A stretch of 64,000 bases of DNA. Source: Laetmonice hystrix (lineage: Eukaryota). This document shows positions 13,771 through 26,557 of this stretch, one piece after another. A program made the translations under genes and the position numbers. Position 1 is the stretch's first letter. Every line of letters starts with the position of its first letter. Location of the stretch: contig OZ249436.1 of NCBI GenBank assembly GCA_965235115.1, forward strand, positions 19,718,001 through 19,782,000, read 5' to 3'. The notes under the pieces were generated by a model. It saw only the letters and a list, made by a program, of their open reading frames with translations, was not told the DNA's origin and made no database searches.

Positions 13771-14660
13771 GATAACTCCCGACAACAGCTCAACCAATCA
13801 GAGAAGCTGGTACAGAGCTAAAGATAACTCCTGACATCAGCTTAACCAATCAGAGAAGCGGCTACAGAACTAAAGATAACTCCTGACAACAGCTCAACCA
13901 ATCAGATAAGCGGCTACAGAACTAAAGATAACTCCTGACAATAGCTCAACCAATCAGATAAGCGGGTATACATAGCTAAAGATAACTCATGACACTAGCT
14001 CAACCAATCAGAGAAGCTGGTACAGAGCTAAAGATAACTCCTGACACCAGCTCAACCAATCAGAGAAGCGGCTATAGAACTAAAGATAACTCCTGACACC
14101 AGCTCAACCAATCAGAGAAGCTGGTACAGAACTAAAGATAACTCCTGACAACAGCTCAACCAATCAGAGAAGCGGCTACAGAGCTAAAGATAACTCCTGA
14201 CACCAGCTCAACCAATCAGAGAAGCTGGTACAGAGCTAAAGATAACTCCTGACACCAGCTCAACCAATCAGAGAAGCGGCTACAGAACTAAAGATAACTC
14301 CTGACACCAGCTCAACCAATCAGAGAAGCTGGTACAGAGCTAAAGATAACTCCTGACACCAGCTCAACCAATCAGAGAAGCGGCTACAGAACTAAAGATA
14401 ACTCCTGACAACAGCTCAACCAATCAGATAAGCGGGTATACATAGCTAAAGATAACTCATGACACTAGCTCGACCAATCAGAGAAGCTTGTACAGAGCTA
14501 AAGATAACTCCTGACATCAGCTTAACCAATCAGAGAAGCTGCTACAGAGCTAAAGATAACTCCTGACACCAGCTCAACCAATCAGAGAAGCGGGTATACA
14601 TAGCTAAAGATAACTCCTGACACCAGCTCAACCAATCAGAGAAGCTGGTACAGAACTAAA
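13771..14660. repeat. Minisatellite, 52-bp unit, 17 copies, each with CCAATCAG and (A)GATAA
   Basis: Unit gataactcctgacaccagctcaaccaatcagagaagctggtacagagctaaa; ends about 250 bp before the Ly6 ATG. Confidence 0.95.
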
Positions 14661-14910
14661 GTGACCAGATTTTGTTGGCGATTTCATCGAGATAACAATG
14701 TAGCTAGGTGTGGCCGGGTTTGGTCGAGGGTGCAAAAGTTACAGATGAAAGTGTGGTATCACTGTATCGTATAGGCCAAATTTCCATGTTATCATGTTAT
14801 TGCCAGGTCGTGGGAGGGATTCTTCCTGGCAACCAGCCCAATGAACATTTTTATTAAAGTAACTAAGTAGTTTCTCCCTACGTCACAAGTCTCCGGGAAT
14901 CTCGTGAAGA

Positions 14911-14971
14911 ATGGCGGTAATTAGTTTGGGTCTGTTGTTCTTGCTGTTATTGGAGTCACGTGGTTGGAGAG
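14911..14971 (+). CDS. Ly6/uPAR (three-finger) protein, coding exon 1: signal peptide MAVISLGLLFLLLLESRGWR
   Basis: agaATGG start, hydrophobic core, G|GTAGGC phase-1 donor that joins exon 2 in frame. Confidence 0.8.
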
Positions 14972-15128
14972 GTAGGCAGTGGTAGGTCTTGATTAGAGCT
15001 GCCTGAACGACGACCCGATGATGTTTGGCTGTCTAGTTCGGATGTTGGGGGCCTACGATCAGCTGCGCCGGTAAATGAAATTAACAGTGACGAAAATTAA
15101 TCACGCCAGACACAAGAGGCTTGTTTCC

Positions 15129-15409
15129 ATGGTGCCCTTTCACATCATCACAACTACCACTGACTCGAAACATGGGGCCCTGACGTCTGTCTGTCGGTAT
15201 GTCTTAGCGCATGTCTGTCTGTATGTCTGTCTCTCTGTCTGTCTCTCTGTCTGTCTCCATGGTGCCCTTTCACATCATCACAACTACCACTGACTCGAAA
15301 CATGGGGCCCTGACGTCTGTCTGTCGGTATGTCTTGCCGCATGTCTGTCTGTCTGTATGTCTGTCTGTCTCTCTCTCTCTCTCTGTCTGTCTCTCTGTCT
15401 GTCTCTCTG

Positions 15410-15461
<52 letters not shown>

Positions 15462-15471
15462 TCTCTGTCTC

Positions 15472-15521
<50 letters not shown>
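15129..15521. repeat. Duplicated ~130-bp unit plus (CTGT)n/(CT)n microsatellite in Ly6 intron 1
   Basis: Visible directly. Confidence 0.85.
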
Positions 15522-15524
<3 letters not shown>

Positions 15525-15713
15525 GGCCTACATATTGCCATACCAAGTATATGTAAAACTGGCGACGTCGTCGACTGCCCAGCGCGCGTAGTCGCCAAGT
15601 CGCAGAGATCGCCCGGCGGTCTATATCCTCTGAGAACTATATACGTCGCCACACTGTCGGCCTCAGAGTTGTCAGTCGACGACGGTCGGCGACTATGACT
15701 CAATCGTAACTTA

Positions 15714-16440
15714 AGCCCCAGTCACACAAGAGGTACGACCAACTGCCGACAAGCTGCGACCAACGACAACCACTTTTGAAGACTGATGAACAACCGTTCG
15801 TGGGAATGTTGGCAAATTGTCGGTAACTGCTTGGCGATTTATCGGCGACAATTAACAACTGGTTGCAGATTAGTGGCCGATGTTTGTACGGCTCTCGGCA
15901 ATCTTTTAAAGATTTTAAAGAACGACCGTTTGTGGGAATGTTGGCAAATGGTCGGCAATTGCTCGGTAAAAAGCTATGGAAAGATTGTCGGCTGCTCCGC
16001 GCACAGATTTATACTCTCCTGTTACTTGGTTCGCGAACGGTAGACAAAAGGTCGCCGAGTGGTTGCTGTTGCTTGTCAATGTTTGGCGAACGTTTGGCGA
16101 ATGATCGGCGATCGATCGTGTATTTTTCGCCAATTGGTTGCCGATCAGTTGCTGAACTTTGCCGACCAAAGACTGCTCGGCCAGAGCCAGCAATCACTGA
16201 AGACTAGTCTGAGATCAGTCCGAGAACTGTCGCCCACCCTCTGACAACCGACTAAAGACAGGTTTTAGATGCAGCAGCGTACCTCCAGCCGACCAAAATG
16301 CTCGAACAACCACTTGCCGGACACTGACAACCTTTTACAGACTGCGAAAAACGTCTCTACAACCTCTGACAACCAACTACCGACCATGCATTGGTTGTCG
16401 GAGGTCGGCAATTGGTCGTACCTGTTGCGTGACTGGGGCT
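15714..16440. mobile_element. PIF/Harbinger-type MITE
   Basis: TIR of about 37 bp (agccccagtcacacaagaggtacgaccaactgccgac) and TTA TSD on both sides. Confidence 0.85.
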
Positions 16441-16448
16441 TTAATTGT

Positions 16449-16489
<41 letters not shown>

Positions 16490-17273
16490 CGTGCGATCAC
16501 CTACGATTACCTAAGATTACCTACGATTGTCAAGGAACAATCGTAAGAATGGCCAGGTTTACCCGTGCGATAGTCATGGGAATAACTTGCAGTAGCAACT
16601 AGTCGCAGGACAAGTTGTGCGATGGTCTTGTCATGACTGTGCGACTGTCACCAGCCACGATAAGGCACGACCACCCCCGACCATCGCAGGACCATCGCAC
16701 GACTATGTAAGAGCGTAAAAAATCGTAGACATGTTCAAAATCGTAGACTGGATTTTGAACATGTTCAAAATCCGCGCTACGACAAATTTCACCTTCCGAT
16801 CTCCCACGATCACTCATGACCTGTCGTACGATTTTTTTAAGATATACGGCGATTTATTGCGTTTGCTCACCGTAGGTAGATCTACTCATAAACCCGTCGT
16901 AACCCCTCGTATCCCCTAGTGTGACTGGGCCTTAGCCGAGCCGAGGTTTAGGGTGGCCGAGCCGAGGTTTTACAGTACGCCGAGCCGCGGTGCACCTCTC
17001 GGCCACAGTAGGGAGAGAGGGGGTAGGCCTACGCGTACTCGCATCTATAGGCCGTTGCGAACAAATGAGATCGTTGGAAGTAAAAGAGAGAGAGGATACA
17101 TGCCTGGCTTGTATTCATAACCGCGCCACATGTAACGGTGAAATCAATCACTCCGCCACGGGCCGCTTTCGGGGGCGTACTGTGAACCCCCAAGGATGAT
17201 TCCGTGTAGGTTCGGTTAGTGTCTGTGACGGAGAGACCAACCAACTCGCTTGGCATGGGTAGGGGTGGTCTGG

Positions 17274-17512
17274 TATGGAATACCGGCGACGACATGCGAG
17301 ATGCGAGACAGTGTGTTTGGGTTAGGGTAAAGGTTAGGCCTAGGGTTAGTGTTAGTTTTCACTTTAGGCTCCAACATTGTTGTTAAATATATATGCACTA
17401 ATTGAGCAGTGGATCTTGATGTCGGTGTCAATAAGAAACATATGTGCTAAATTGACACTGTTCGGTTCCATGTCGCTTCTCGCATCTCGCATGTCGTCGC
17501 CGGTATTCCATA
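17274..17512. mobile_element. MITE with TATGG...CCATA ends and a telomere-like internal tract (superfamily uncertain, possibly IS3EU-like)
   Basis: TIR of about 35 bp; flanking direct repeat ggtctgg on both sides. Confidence 0.8.
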
Positions 17513-17534
17513 GGTCTGGTATACGAGCTCGCTT

Positions 17535-17569
17535 CTTCCTCTCTCTGTTTCTCTGTCTCTGTCTCTCGG

Positions 17570-17604
<35 letters not shown>

Positions 17605-17870
17605 GTCTGTGTCTGGATGTGTCCTGCCTCTATTTCTGTCTGCCTGTCTGTCTCTGTATGTGAATGTTAGTGTGTTCGTATGTATACGTCTGTCCATCTC
17701 CCTCTGTCTCTTGTCGGTCTGTCTCTTCTGTCTGTCTCTCTGCCTGTCTGTCTCTGTCTGTCTCTGTCTCTCTGTCTGTGTGTGTCTGTGTCCGTCTGTC
17801 TGTCTCTCGTCTGTCTCTCGTCTGTCTCTGTCAGTCTTTCTCTGTCACCCTCTCTGTCTCTCTCTTTCTT
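17535..17870. repeat. Degenerate (CT)/(CTGT) low-complexity tract
   Basis: Visible directly. Confidence 0.85.
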
Positions 17871-18561
17871 AGAATTACCCGTAAACAATTTAACAAGTTA
17901 AGTACAGAAAGCAATGTTGTGGAGACAGGGAGCCTGAAGGATATGTTCGTCCCTGTTCTGACCTTGCTTTCGTGATTCAGGCAACTTCAGCCGGGAGGGA
18001 GACATACAGACAGACAAACGGGCCACAGGAAAAAAGACCCAGGTAGCCTAGTCCAAGAAAAGGTTATAGGCTGTGTAATAATGGCCTGTGTGTACCAGCC
18101 AGTTCCAGCTGAGCCTTCAGTCAGGGCCTAATGAAAGCCGTCCATCACCTGGGCCCTCGCCCCCGGGACGCCCTCATCCTCCCGCGGTGCCCCCTGACAC
18201 GGCCACCGACCCCTGGGATTCCGGGACGGTCAACACACCTGCCAGCTACCTGAGGTTCTTATTATAGACCCTCGCCTTCTAAACATCCTGAATCCGCTCC
18301 CTGTGGGCCACATATACTCGCCCTGAGCGCCCCCTTCCTCCAGGAGAGTTTGCGAAATTGTAACTAAAAAACAACCAATATGTCCAGTGTGCATTCAGGG
18401 GGCACCCTATTCCCATCCCTGAAAAAAAATCTGGGGGAGGGCCCCCAGACCCCTCGAAAATGATTATTTGTCATTATTTATCCTGAAATCATGGATCCGC
18501 CACTGATGTCTGTGGACTTACGACAGTCCGACAAAATGGCGTATGCTTCTATGCCCCTCCA

Positions 18562-18900
18562 ATGGAGAGGGGGACCGGGGTGGCGCAGTGGTTAGAGCAC
18601 GGGACCGTTGATCCAAGGGTCCTGGGTTCGATCCGCGGCCGCGCCGGACTTTCCTGCATAAGCAGTGCTGCCGACTGCTTTATCAAAGGCCGGCCGTGTC
18701 ACGATACGTCTATGTGGAGGGGCACGTTAAAGATCCCTTGGAACCTATCGATAAGAGTAGGGGTTCGCCCCGATGCCAGGTTTCCTCCTATCATCTCATT
18801 ATCACCCAATGGATTTCACCGACTGAGTTAGTTACCTTGTTCTCGCCCTGAAATAGCTGAAATACTGCTGACTGGGCGTTAAACACCAACTACTCACTCA
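18562..18900 (+). mobile_element. tRNA-derived SINE with a Deu/Nin-like central domain
   Basis: A box TGGCGCAGTGG, B box GGTTCGATCC, central ttaaagatcccttgg..taagagtagggg..ccccg motif, actcactca tail, 8-bp flanking direct repeat cccctcca (18554-18561 and 18901-18908). Confidence 0.85.
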
Positions 18901-19155
18901 CCCCTCCACAGGGGCAAGGTGCATTCAGATAACTATGATAAGAGCTTAGGAGGCAGTCTTATATTTCTATACTGTATTTCTATTGCCTATTCTTTATTGG
19001 GGACTTTGACCCAACTTGCATGGACTGCCTGGACCGCGACTGGAGAGTCCCAGGAAATGTCAAAGTTGGAGGATGTCGCCGGGAATGGATATTTTTTCAG
19101 CGAGACATACCAGTGGATATGGCTCTTATGTTACCGTTGTGTTGTCGTGTTTCAG

Positions 19156-19323
19156 GGAAGGCGATCGACTGTTTCGACTGTTACTCACTAGCCGGCAGTA
19201 TAAGGGACTGTGAGGACGAGTTTGGACCTCACAATAAGACGGCACATCTCATACGACGCTCATGTAAAGTCGGCTACCTCCGCTTCAAGGCCCACTACTG
19301 CGTCAAAATAAAGGGTATTAAAG
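19156..19323 (+). CDS. Ly6/uPAR protein, coding exon 2 (KAIDCFDCYS...YCVKIKGIK)
   Basis: tttcag acceptor, GTGAGA donor, phase 1-1; CxxC start of the LU domain; 5 Cys. Confidence 0.92.
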
Positions 19324-19342
19324 GTGAGATCACACTCAGGAA

Positions 19343-19391
19343 TCTTCTTCTTCTTCTTCTTCTTCTTCTTCTTCTTCTTCTTCTTCTTCTT

Positions 19392-19440
<49 letters not shown>
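19343..19440. repeat. (CTT)n(CTA)n compound microsatellite
   Basis: Visible directly; starts about 20 bp after the exon 2 donor. Confidence 0.95.
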
Positions 19441-21842
19441 GTAACAATATCTTTGCTACTATACGGGATCCCCCCACGTGACCTATGACTCTATACGTTA
19501 GCCGTCCCGTTCCTGTCGCGAGTGGCACCAGCGATTCCTCAAAATAATACGTACTATTGAAACCCAGGCCAGCGCGGGCTGAGAACCAGCGGTAATATAT
19601 TTATAGATCACAGAGTATGGCAGCGGAATCGGCGTGGAATCCGCTTTTCACATTCTGGGGGGGGGGGGGGGTTGAGGTAAATTAGAGAGGTACAGGGGGA
19701 TTCCGGTATTTAGTCAGTTTCCCTTTTCTCCAATGTCAAATCCGGGAAAGTCCGGCGGATTCCAATGTGTCCTGGAATACTCTGGGGGTTTCTGAATCTA
19801 AATCCGGGGAATTCCGGTAAATTCCTGGGTAATCCCGGGGATTCCGGTAAATTCCGGGGGATTCCGGTAAATTTCAAGAGATTCCGGGGGATTCCGGTAT
19901 TTAGTCACACTCGTTGAATGCTACCGACAGAGCGTAAGCTACAGATTCCTTTGACGACCACCAACGCCTCCCTTATATTGTGGCCGTGGCCGATTTCCTA
20001 TAGACGTTGATACTTATCTGACGCGAATAGTGCAGGGAACTTGCGGCCAAAGTTCGATTCCATTAAAGGTGCTATAGAATTGTCTCTTTCCGGACATATA
20101 TGAAAGTGAAACCTAGCTGATACCCGTGCTCAGTGGATATAGACTCCTACAAAACACTCTGCCATACACCGACTGTCGAAATTAGCTTTGTTCAGCAGAT
20201 CGACCCGATAATACGACGTTTGGGGTGGTACGGTCAATACGGCTCGTCAGTGCCCCCTGGCGACAGACACAGGCACTTCGTACGCCACACTGCATACAGA
20301 TGGCCCTAGGTTATATGCCCGAGCGTTCGGGGTTACTTGTGGGAATAGTTTTAATAATAGATGAACAACCACTAATTTGATTACACATGACAGAGATCCA
20401 ACTCACCAAAGACTGCAATTGTATATTATGGCTGAGACGAACATTATGACTAACCTACATACAACAATATTGCATGGGATACGTCGAGTTGCTGGTTGCA
20501 GGCGGTGTGTATCAGGTGTAAATACTGAAGCTGTGTACACATGTAGCATTTTTGCGGCAACGGTAACGATAATGCGGCAATGCGGCAGCGGCAAAAAATG
20601 TCGCCAAAAATCCAGTGAAAGTGTACACCTAAGTTGGTCCTGAGCAGAGGGGGGGGGTCCGGACCCCCTGGACCCCCCCCCCCCCCCCCGGATCCGCGCC
20701 TGCTGGCGATGGCCGTTTCTTTCAAGCGACGAAAATCAATGTATCCAACGGAATCAGCTATAAAGCTGAACAGGATAGCGGAAGTAGATCACCTGCGCGG
20801 GCATAGGGGAATTTCCCTGTTGACCGGTTATCCAAAATGGCCAAGCAGTTCAAAGATAGATAAATCTATGCGCCCCACCCCCCTCTCCCAGGAAGTTTTC
20901 AGGCGCCCTATGTTGGTCCTGGTAGGATTTTGAGATGCAGTAAGCCAGCGGTAAGTGGATGTTATCAGGCAATTTCCTTGGACGATCAGGAACAAATATA
21001 TAACAGTTTCCCAAGATGTCACTGGGCTTATTTCTACTCGGTTTAGTCAACATTCCAAATAAGCACGCATGTTGTGTCGAATGGAGGAGTCCACGCGGAC
21101 TGCCTGTGTTACACGCTGGTAAGTCGATTTGCCCTCTAGATGAGGGGACGCCCTCTAATGAGGGCAACGCCCTCTGGTGTGGTTTGCAACGCATCCTGGC
21201 AGAGGTAAAATTTCGACACGCCAGGGGTAGCTTCACAAAACCTGATGAAAAGCAAGGAAGGACGGGAAGGTAAGATTTATGATAAAGTGCCATTGAATAA
21301 GCAAGAATTTAGAGTGAGTCAAAAAGGCCCATTGTTAAAAGGCCCATTGTTTTATTGTGTACCAATATATACAATATATTTTTGCTTGTACTTATGCAGC
21401 AATTCTTCCTGCATCTTTTGGTACCAGTCATGCGTGATTGGTTTTCATGCATGACCGCACAGGAGACAATTAAGGGACAAGGGTGAAATCTGACCTGCGC
21501 CAACTGATCAGAGCTGAATATGAACAAAAATCAACGAAGGCTATTTGCTGAGGAGTGAATTGTGGACGCACCATACTGCTATGCAGTGCCAAGAAGGCCT
21601 AATGAGGCCTATGAGCAAGTGTGTGTGATTTGAATTAACTGATTAAACCAGGGGCATGAAAATTACTTGGCTATCCATTTCATATAGCTATTCATTGAAC
21701 GGCGACCAGTGTCCTAACAAACATTAGCAATCCCTATTTTCTTCAAATGATTTTCATTAGGGGGAGGGGGTGTCATCACAGGGGCGTCTTTCTGGACGAA
21801 TCAGGATACGGTTGGTTTATTAAGTCTTGACGGGAATGACAT

Positions 21843-21845
<3 letters not shown>

Positions 21846-21884
<39 letters not shown>

Positions 21885-22130
21885 CTCTCCTCTCTCTCTC
21901 CTCTCTCTCTCTCCTCTCTCTCTCTCCTCTCTCTCTCTCCTCTCTCTCTCTCCTCTCTCTCTCCTCTCTCTCTCTCCTCTCTCTCTCCTCTCTCTCTCTC
22001 TCCTCTCTCTCTCCTCTCTCTCTCTCCTCTCTCTCTCTCCTCTCTCTCTCTCCTCTCTCTCCTCTCTCTCTCTCCTCTCTCTCTCTCCTCTCTCTCTCTC
22101 CTCTCTCTCTCTCCTCACTTTTCTCTCCTC
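21846..22130. repeat. (CT)n microsatellite
   Basis: Visible directly. Confidence 0.95.
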
Positions 22131-22354
22131 ACTTTTCTCTCCCACTTTTCTCTCTCATCATTGTCTTTCTTTTATCTTTTACGTATAAAATCCTTCGTAC
22201 ATGAAAGACCCGAGGCTTTAAAAAGACCTGAGCTGCAGTCGTATAGAAATGAAGTAAGTTCGCTGGACTAGTTTCTATGTTTAATGTGCATGCACATTTT
22301 TAAATCGGCACAGATAGGCCTACCCTTATAACTTTATACATATGTCTATTTCAG

Positions 22355-22605
22355 AGAACGGTCAGCATATTTTAATTCGTACGTGTGCAGTGGAGAACTG
22401 GGGCACACAGTGTGGCGACCTCCTTTTCGAACAGGGAGATAAGCTAGAACCAATCACAGGGTGCCTTGCAACGTGTGATTACGATGGATGTAACACTGGA
22501 TCTCATTTGATTGGCTCGCCTATTCAACTATGCACCCTTTTCCTCTGCTATATAGCCTTACTGTCTACCATGAGCACGGCCACTTTGTGCGGTATCACTT
22601 CATGA
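22355..22605 (+). CDS. Ly6/uPAR protein, coding exon 3 (…RTC…CLATCDYDGCN plus hydrophobic GPI-like tail)
   Basis: tttcag acceptor; C-x3-GCN end of the LU domain. The joined CDS is 480 nt (159 aa) with 10 domain Cys. Confidence 0.92.
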
Positions 22606-22630
22606 TTGGTCCTATTTCTAGATAAATGGA

Positions 22631-22636
22631 AATAAA
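22631..22636 (+). terminator. Candidate polyadenylation signal of the Ly6 gene
   Basis: AATAAA 25 nt after the stop codon. Confidence 0.45.
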
Positions 22637-23323
22637 CAATTAAACAAATCTAAATTGGTGACTTCCATATTCTGTTATTTGCAATATAGTGAACTCTATA
22701 TTTAACGTTATTATACTATTACAGTTACATTATTTTCAACAGAACAATTCCCGGTAGGCCTACCCACTGGTATAATAACGGGCAATGATTTTAACCCCCT
22801 TCTTATCATTGGCTCCTATAAATTAAAATCACAGATCTATTTATTTTAAAATGTGATTCAAATATAAAGTAGACCATTAAACTTTTCCACGCATAAAAGT
22901 CGCACCCGATGTAGGCCGGGTTTAGTCAGAGTTGCCTATGTCACATTTAGGCAACGTACTTTTAAACATTTTTATTGAAATTGGCCTCGGCATAATTATT
23001 ATGGCGGGTCAAAATTAGTAAAATGCCACGCGGCACACATGGCTAATTGATTACCATGTCACCGCGGATAGCTGGTAGGGGACCGGGGGATATTGGCCAC
23101 CTAGTTTTTTTTTTTTTCTTTTACCCTAGTTCTCTCTACTGTCATCAACTAATATTGTCGTTGATAACTATAGGTTAGGACTTTTATTAAATAAAAGTTG
23201 GATCATACTTGGGCGTCCTACAAAAGTTGGCTAATAGCATCTATGTGGGCACTATTACGCTAATAAAAAGTTCTTTCCATTAACACTAGATGTCGTCTGT
23301 TTTTCTACAATCGCGGCATTTAA

Positions 23324-23905
23324 AGGGAAATGTGCGTGTTCAAAGTGCCGCGTAGTGAGTTGCGTTGGTACTACTGGGGAAATGGGAGTGTTCAAGGCGC
23401 CGCGTAGTGAGCTTTAACAGAAAAATGTTTGGCTTATTTATGCAGTCAACTAGTTTAATGTGGAAATCAGTAGTATTTTTTAAACCATGAACCAAACTGT
23501 GTGCCAGAACTTGTCTACTCCATTGAATGCTATAGTTAAGAGCCGTGTTTTACCAAGGCACTGACTGTTTGGCAGGCTGTAACTTTTTTTTAATTTGGTG
23601 ACCCCCTTTTTTTGGTTTTAAACTATTAGTCCTGGTCCACTTTATCTTGTCACCGAGTTTCAGGAGAAAATCAGTGTTTTTTTAACTATTAGTCAGAGTG
23701 TATGAAAAATCCTGTTTTTCCCATTGAAACCTATAGTGAAGTCCAATTTTTTTACGGAGGCCTGTATAAAAAAAATCTAATTCGGTGACATATGATTTTT
23801 TTGTTTCTTTGTAGGCCTACTCCTAAGGATAAAGGCTATCCCCATTAAAAATATTTTGAAAATTCTAGTGGTCAATCAAATTCCGTCGAACACTCACATT
23901 TCCCT
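23324..23905. mobile_element. Kolobok-like MITE
   Basis: TTAA TSD and TIR agggaaatgtg(c/a)gtgttc. Inverted second copy at 60101-60673 and a fragment near 31107-31260. Confidence 0.85.
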
Positions 23906-24332
23906 TTAAATGGCGTCTGGCCCTTCTCAACTCTTGCTATATGTAGATCTACCCTGTTTAGCATGCTGGATCATCATTTCTGAGCAAGAGCAACGTTATG
24001 GGCCGTCACAATAATATTTTCGATAGTGAAGCAGAATTGGGGTCACCAGAAACCCTGTATAAAACGTACTACCGTTAGCTGAGAATCTCACCCTGCGTGG
24101 TGGACCCTCTCACTTGTCGTAACGTCAACCGCCAAAATATAGGGGCCTATAGGCGATCTCTGGCGGATCATAGAGATACTAGGGTATTCGTTAAAGGCAA
24201 CTGTCCGCAAATACCCCCTGTTCTTATGGTCGGTAGAAACTGGAAAGAAAATGTCCTCCCTTTGCATTTAACACGTCAATAAGGCAGACATGCCGTGTTA
24301 TTTACATGCAACTTTGACAACGAGGGCGCTTA

Positions 24333-24603
24333 AGATGTCATTTACATGAAACACTGACAAAGAGTTATTTTTATACTTTATTTCTATAGTTGCATAAAAA
24401 TCCATACGGATTACATTTGTATTAGCTTCCTGGCAATACGACAGGCCACTAATTTAACTAGGTCAACTATTGATCTAACTAAGTTAACTATTGACCTAAT
24501 TACAGTGCCATTATTACTGTCTTCCGTGGTCACGTGTCAATAACACGAGTTGGACACCAGATGGCGTGAGACCAGTTACTGAAGGGAACCGATGGGTCCA
24601 GAG
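24333..24603 (-). repeat. Diverged older copy of the sequence downstream of the EGF-gene stop codon (3' UTR-like)
   Basis: Aligns by eye with about 26970-27240 and 28170-28440. Confidence 0.75.
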
Positions 24604-25242
24604 CCCTGACCATCAAGCATGTCACCGGGGATAATTGGTAGAGCTCGGTAGATTTGCAGAAATTTGAAAGAATATTTTTCCCCTTTTTATTTTTAACACG
24701 TCCTTAAGGCAGACATGCCGTAGAATGAGGCATTAAATGAAGTACTTTGAACAGAATAATTAACAACTCTTCTGTAGCGAAACGATCTGACGATCATGTA
24801 GGCCTAAACATCCAAAATATTGACATACCAAAAGGTCATCGACCCTACATTCCCGTGGTGAGTTAACAAACGTAGCTTAGGTCTGCTTACATACTTATGA
24901 AATAAACCACTAATCGACATGAAGGACATTAACTAGAACTTACGCCAGCAGAAGAAAGAAAGAAAAGGAAAGGATCGAAGCGGGTGCTGCCATCTATAGG
25001 CTATTCTAGGACCTGCTCAATGATACTGCCAATAGTGACAGATGAAAAATATGGACGAAAAGGACACACAATGTATAAATATATGAATATGTTTAGATAA
25101 TTATAATTATTATTATCGATGCGGACAATGACTACAGCCCAATCAGATTGTTGGGTTGTTTTTTTGTTTTTTTTTGTTTGTTGTGACGGCATTCGCCGGT
25201 CTGGGTCATCTAAATCTGGTTTATAATAATGAGCAGGAGATT

Positions 25243-26556
25243 CGTATCTACAGCATCTCTCAGTCATACAACGGCATTGCCAACACCATCAGTCAGACAA
25301 TCGCTGTATCAATACCATCTTTCAGTCATACAACGGCAGTATCTACACAATCACTCAGTCAGACAACTGCAGTATTTACATCATCTCTCAGTCAGACAAC
25401 GTTCGGCATTATCTACACCATCTCTCAGTCATACAACAGCATTGTCAACACCATCAGTCAGACAATCGCTGTATCAACACCATCTCTCAGTCAGACAATG
25501 GCTGTATCAACACCATCTCTCAATCATACAACCGCAGTATCTACACCATCTCTAAGTCAGACAATCGTCGTATTTACACCATCTCTCAGTCATACAACGG
25601 CAGTATCTACACAATCACTCAGTCAGACAACTGCAGTATTTACATCATCTCTCAGTCAGACAACAGCATTATCTACACCATCTCTCAGTCAGACAATCGT
25701 CGTATTTACACTATCTCTCAGTCATACAACGGCAGTATCTACACAATCACTCAGTCAGACAACTGCAGTATTTACATCATCTCTCAGTCAGACAACAGCA
25801 TTATCTACATCATCTCTCAGTCAGACAATCGCTGTATCAACATCATCTTTCAGTCAGACAATGGCTGTATCAATATCATCTTTCAGTCAGACAATGGCTG
25901 TATCAACACCATCTCTCAGTCAGACAATGGCTGTATCAACACCATCTGTCAGTCAGACAATGGCTGTATCAACACCATCTCGCAATCATACAACCGCAGT
26001 ATCTACACCATCTCTAAGTCAGACAATCGTCGTATTTACACCATCTCTCAGTCATACAACGGCAGTATCTACACAATCACTCAGTCAGACAACTGCAGTA
26101 TTTACATCATCTCTCAGTCAGACAACAGCATTATCTACACCATCTCTCAGTCAGACAATCGCTGTATCAACATCATCTTTCAGTCAGACAATGGCTGTAT
26201 CAATATCATCTTTCAGTCAGACAATGGCTGTATCAACACCATCTCTCAGTCAGACAACAGCATTATCTACATCATCTCTCAGTCAGACAATGGCTGTATC
26301 AACATCATCTTTCAGTCAGACAATGGCTGTATCAATATCATCTTTCAGTCAGACAATGGCTGTATCAACACCATCTCTCAGTCAGACAATCGCTGTATCA
26401 ACACCATCTGTCAGTCAGACAATGGCTGTATCAACACCATCTCGCAATCATACAACCGCAGTATCTACACCATCTCTAAGTCAGACAATCGTCGTATTTA
26501 CACCATCTCTCAGTCAGACAACCGCAGTATCAACACCATCACTCAGTCAGACAACC
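25243..26556. repeat. Minisatellite, 33-bp unit (gtatcaacaccatctctcagtcagacaatggct), about 40 copies
   Basis: Direct periodicity; explains the 481-aa Ser/Thr-rich ORF. Confidence 0.93.
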
Positions 26557-26557
26557 T

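Noticed and set aside
15154..15703. Poly-ER/SL ORFs (also at 17377-17975 and 21801-22204)
   Set aside because: Translations of (CT)n microsatellites.
19020..19481. 153-aa ORF with poly-Leu as a transmembrane protein
   Set aside because: Only 19156-19323 is exon; the poly-Leu is intronic (CTT)n(CTA)n read-through.
20850..21293. 147-aa minus-strand ORF in Ly6 intron 2
   Set aside because: No recognisable motif or convincing splice structure.
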